DNA of 56,651 nucleotides, from assembly GCA_026991555.1 (NCBI GenBank), contig JALXBI010000064.1:1-56651 (forward strand), written 5' to 3'. Position numbers and translations under genes: made by a program. The notes beneath the pieces are model-generated. The model did not search any database and had not been told where the DNA came from. It was given only the letters and a program-made list of their open reading frames with translations. Each line of letters begins with the position of its first letter. Within the stretch, counting starts at the first letter, position 1. The stretch comes from Candidatus Aminicenantes bacterium. Lineage in GTDB: Bacteria; Acidobacteriota; Aminicenantia; S016-38. Shown in pieces: positions 54,700 through 56,651 of this stretch.

Positions 54700-56651
54700 T
54701 TTAGCCTAAATCTCCGTATCAATTTATGAAGGTGCTGCCTGGATATGCCGAGGAGCAAGGCGGCTTTGGAAACATCCCCTCCGGTAATTTCCAGGGCCCT
54801 TGCCACATAGGCCCTTTCCCATTGTTGGCGTGCTTTCTCAAGGGGGAGAAATTCCTGGTTCCTGGAAAACTCCAGGGGCAGGTGTTGAGGAAGAAGGGTG
54901 GATTCCCCCTCTTCCATCATATTGACCGCGTATTTTATTACCCCCTGGAGTTCTCTCACATTTCCAGGCCAGGAATGATTAAGGAGCGCTTTTCTCAGGG
55001 AAACCGAAAGGTTTACAGGCCTGCCGGAAAACTTCCTGGCGAATTCCTCGCTTAGAGTAATTATGTCCTCGGGCCTTTCCCTGAGAGGTGGAATTTTTAT
55101 CACGAACTGGGAAATGCGGTAATACAAATCCTTCCGGAAATTTCCCGCCTTAACTTCTTCTACCAGGTCGCGATTGGTAGCCGCAATTAGTTTGAAGGAG
55201 GATTTTCTTTCCCTGAGCTCACCTAATCTCCTGAATCTTCCATCCTGAAGAACCCTGAGAAATTTAGCCTGGATATCGGGGGGCATTTCCCCTACTTCGT
55301 CAAGGAAAAGCACCCCTCCATCAGCTTCCTCCAGCAATCCCCTTTTATCCCTTTCTGCTCCGGTAAAGGCCCCCTTTTTGTAGCCGAAAAGCTCCGACTC
55401 CATGAGCTCGGCAGGAATGGAGGCGCAATTAAGGGCCACAAATTTTCCTCCGTAAAGGGTTGAGATGGAACGGGCAACCAATTCCTTTCCGGTTCCTGTT
55501 TCTCCGAGAATAAGAACCGGCTCCGGACTGGAGGAGGCCCTTTTAATCCTGGCATAAACCCTTAACATGGGGCGAGAGCTTCCCCGGAGAAAAAGGAATC
55601 CTTCCTTGGGTTTAATGGCTCTGGAAGCCTTCCTGAGCAAGGATTTTAGAGTTTCCAGATCCTCAGGGGAAAAATTGTTTTCTTCGGGGGAGGAGACAAA
55701 GCCGAGGATTTTTCCTGAGGGAGATTCCTCCGAGGCCAGGATAAAGCTTTTAATTCCAGCCAGGAAAGCTTCTCCCCTCTCTTCCGGCTCAGTAATGTCC
55801 TGTAAGGAAGTAACCAGCATGTTTTCCCCATGCTTCCTGAGGATAAGCCATGGCACAGGAGGGGATATTTTTTTCTCCAGAACTTCTCCCTCTGAAATTA
55901 AAAGAAAGGCGGATGGGAGCTCTCCCCAGTTTTCCTGAACCAATTGGTGGAGCCTTGACAGAACTTGTTCCTCTTCTGCCTGGGGGAAATTTTCCTTCTC
56001 CCCAGGAACTGAGAGCGTTTCCTGAAGAAGTTTCCACCGGAAACATCCCCGTGTTTTATACCAGCGCAGGGCTTTTCTCAGTCTGGGAAGTTCGCTTCTG
56101 GCCCAGAGGTTTTCCCTTACCATTAAATAAGAAACCCAGTGGGCAAGGTCCTCCTTTCCCATGGAAAGAAAGGTTTTTTGGGCAGAGGCCAGATTAGATT
56201 TTCTCCTCTGTCTTAGCCCCCAAAGTAGCTGGGACCAAGGGTCCTGAAGGGGTTCGGGCTCTTTTCCCATCAGGAAACTTTTAACCGCAGGGTAGGGATG
56301 GGGCAGATTTACCTCTGCTCCCAGAAATAGTGAGTTTTCTTCTATGGAAATTTCCGAAGCCTTCCAGGCCAGGTCTTCCAGTTCCTTCCTGCTTCCTGAC
56401 TTCAGAAAGATTTCAGCCCCTTCCCTCAGCAGTTTTTTCCCTTCTTCCTTTTTGCCCTTTAAAAAGCGGAGGTAGCCTAAGGAAATGGCGTCATATCCAT
56501 GTGAAAGCCCGCCCCTTTCCTTGGAACTTCTTTCGTAGCTCAGCCGATAAAGCCTTTCGGCTTTGTCCCAGAAACCTTTCAGGAAAAAGACTTCTGCTAA
56601 GTTGAAGGCAGATATGGTGAAGGCTTTTTCGCTTCCCCAGGAGGAAAGGAG
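54696..56651 (-). CDS. Sigma54-dependent activator (TPR region + AAA+ + Fis HTH), 5'-truncated by the window edge
   Basis: The frame of the tracked ORF stays open for 127 more codons to nt 56651 (TPR-like AFNLAEVFFLKGFWDKAERLY, AISLGYLRFLKGKKEEGKKLLREG). GETGTGKE, ESELFGYKKGAFTGA, LFLDEV, WPGNVREL, C-terminal HTH. Confidence 0.9.
   Translation of the reverse strand, partial: LLSSWGSEKAFTISAFNLAEVFFLKGFWDKAERLYRLSYERSSKERGGLSHGYDAISLGYLRFLKGKKEEGKKLLREGAEIFLKSGSRKELEDLAWKASEISIEENSLFLGAEVNLPHPYPAVKSFLMGKEPEPLQDPWSQLLWGLRQRRKSNLASAQKTFLSMGKEDLAHWVSYLMVRENLWARSELPRLRKALRWYKTRGCFRWKLLQETLSVPGEKENFPQAEEEQVLSRLHQLVQENWGELPSAFLLISEGEVLEKKISPPVPWLILRKHGENMLVTSLQDITEPEERGEAFLAGIKSFILASEESPSGKILGFVSSPEENNFSPEDLETLKSLLRKASRAIKPKEGFLFLRGSSRPMLRVYARIKRASSSPEPVLILGETGTGKELVARSISTLYGGKFVALNCASIPAELMESELFGYKKGAFTGAERDKRGLLEEADGGVLFLDEVGEMPPDIQAKFLRVLQDGRFRRLGELRERKSSFKLIAATNRDLVEEVKAGNFRKDLYYRISQFVIKIPPLRERPEDIITLSEEFARKFSGRPVNLSVSLRKALLNHSWPGNVRELQGVIKYAVNMMEEGESTLLPQHLPLEFSRNQEFLPLEKARQQWERAYVARALEITGGDVSKAALLLGISRQHLHKLIRRFRLK

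Noticed and set aside
56270-56651. Possible frameshift or separate gene upstream of the sigma54 activator
   Set aside because: Codon-by-codon translation shows one continuous open frame.
1-56651. CRISPR arrays, IS elements, prophage, riboswitches, rRNA, toxin-antitoxin or defence genes
   Set aside because: No repeat-spacer periodicity, no transposase or integrase motifs, and no spacer long enough for a riboswitch was seen by eye.

Overview
A very gene-dense, core-genome window from a diderm bacterium (Kdo/LPS, BamD, Omp85, TolC, FadL and TonB-dependent receptor genes). The Glu/Lys/Arg-rich proteins and gene repertoire suggest a thermophilic Acidobacteriota/Aminicenantia-like organism, which is an inference only. 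The window very probably contains the chromosomal origin region: dnaA-[oriC]-dnaN, two parS sites, and the rpmH-rnpA-yidD-yidC-jag-mnmE-mnmG-rsmG-parA-parB block. That block is not divergent from dnaA as usual but lies upstream and co-directional with it. There are about 57 CDS (both window ends cut a gene) and one tRNA-Lys(CTT). I found no integrase, transposase, CRISPR array or defence system, and no clear-cut complete novel system. The most unusual signals are: (1) a recurring leaderless promoter architecture, with a -10 or extended -10 box 6-9 nt before ATG, twice as palindromic back-to-back promoters; (2) both parS sites written into stop/start overlaps of adjacent genes; (3) a DnaA whose DNA-reading residues are substituted, next to DnaA boxes that run into the dnaN coding sequence; (4) a lipoprotein-lipoprotein-(gluzincin/beta-propeller/Omp85) operon directly upstream of dnaA; (5) a CcdA-thioredoxin fusion with a DsbD-alpha-like CxxxGxC linker; (6) an HPD-less J-domain/TPR protein; and (7) a TIM-barrel-only NagA placed 8 nt behind a tRNA. 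All calls come from reading motifs by eye; no database searches were run.
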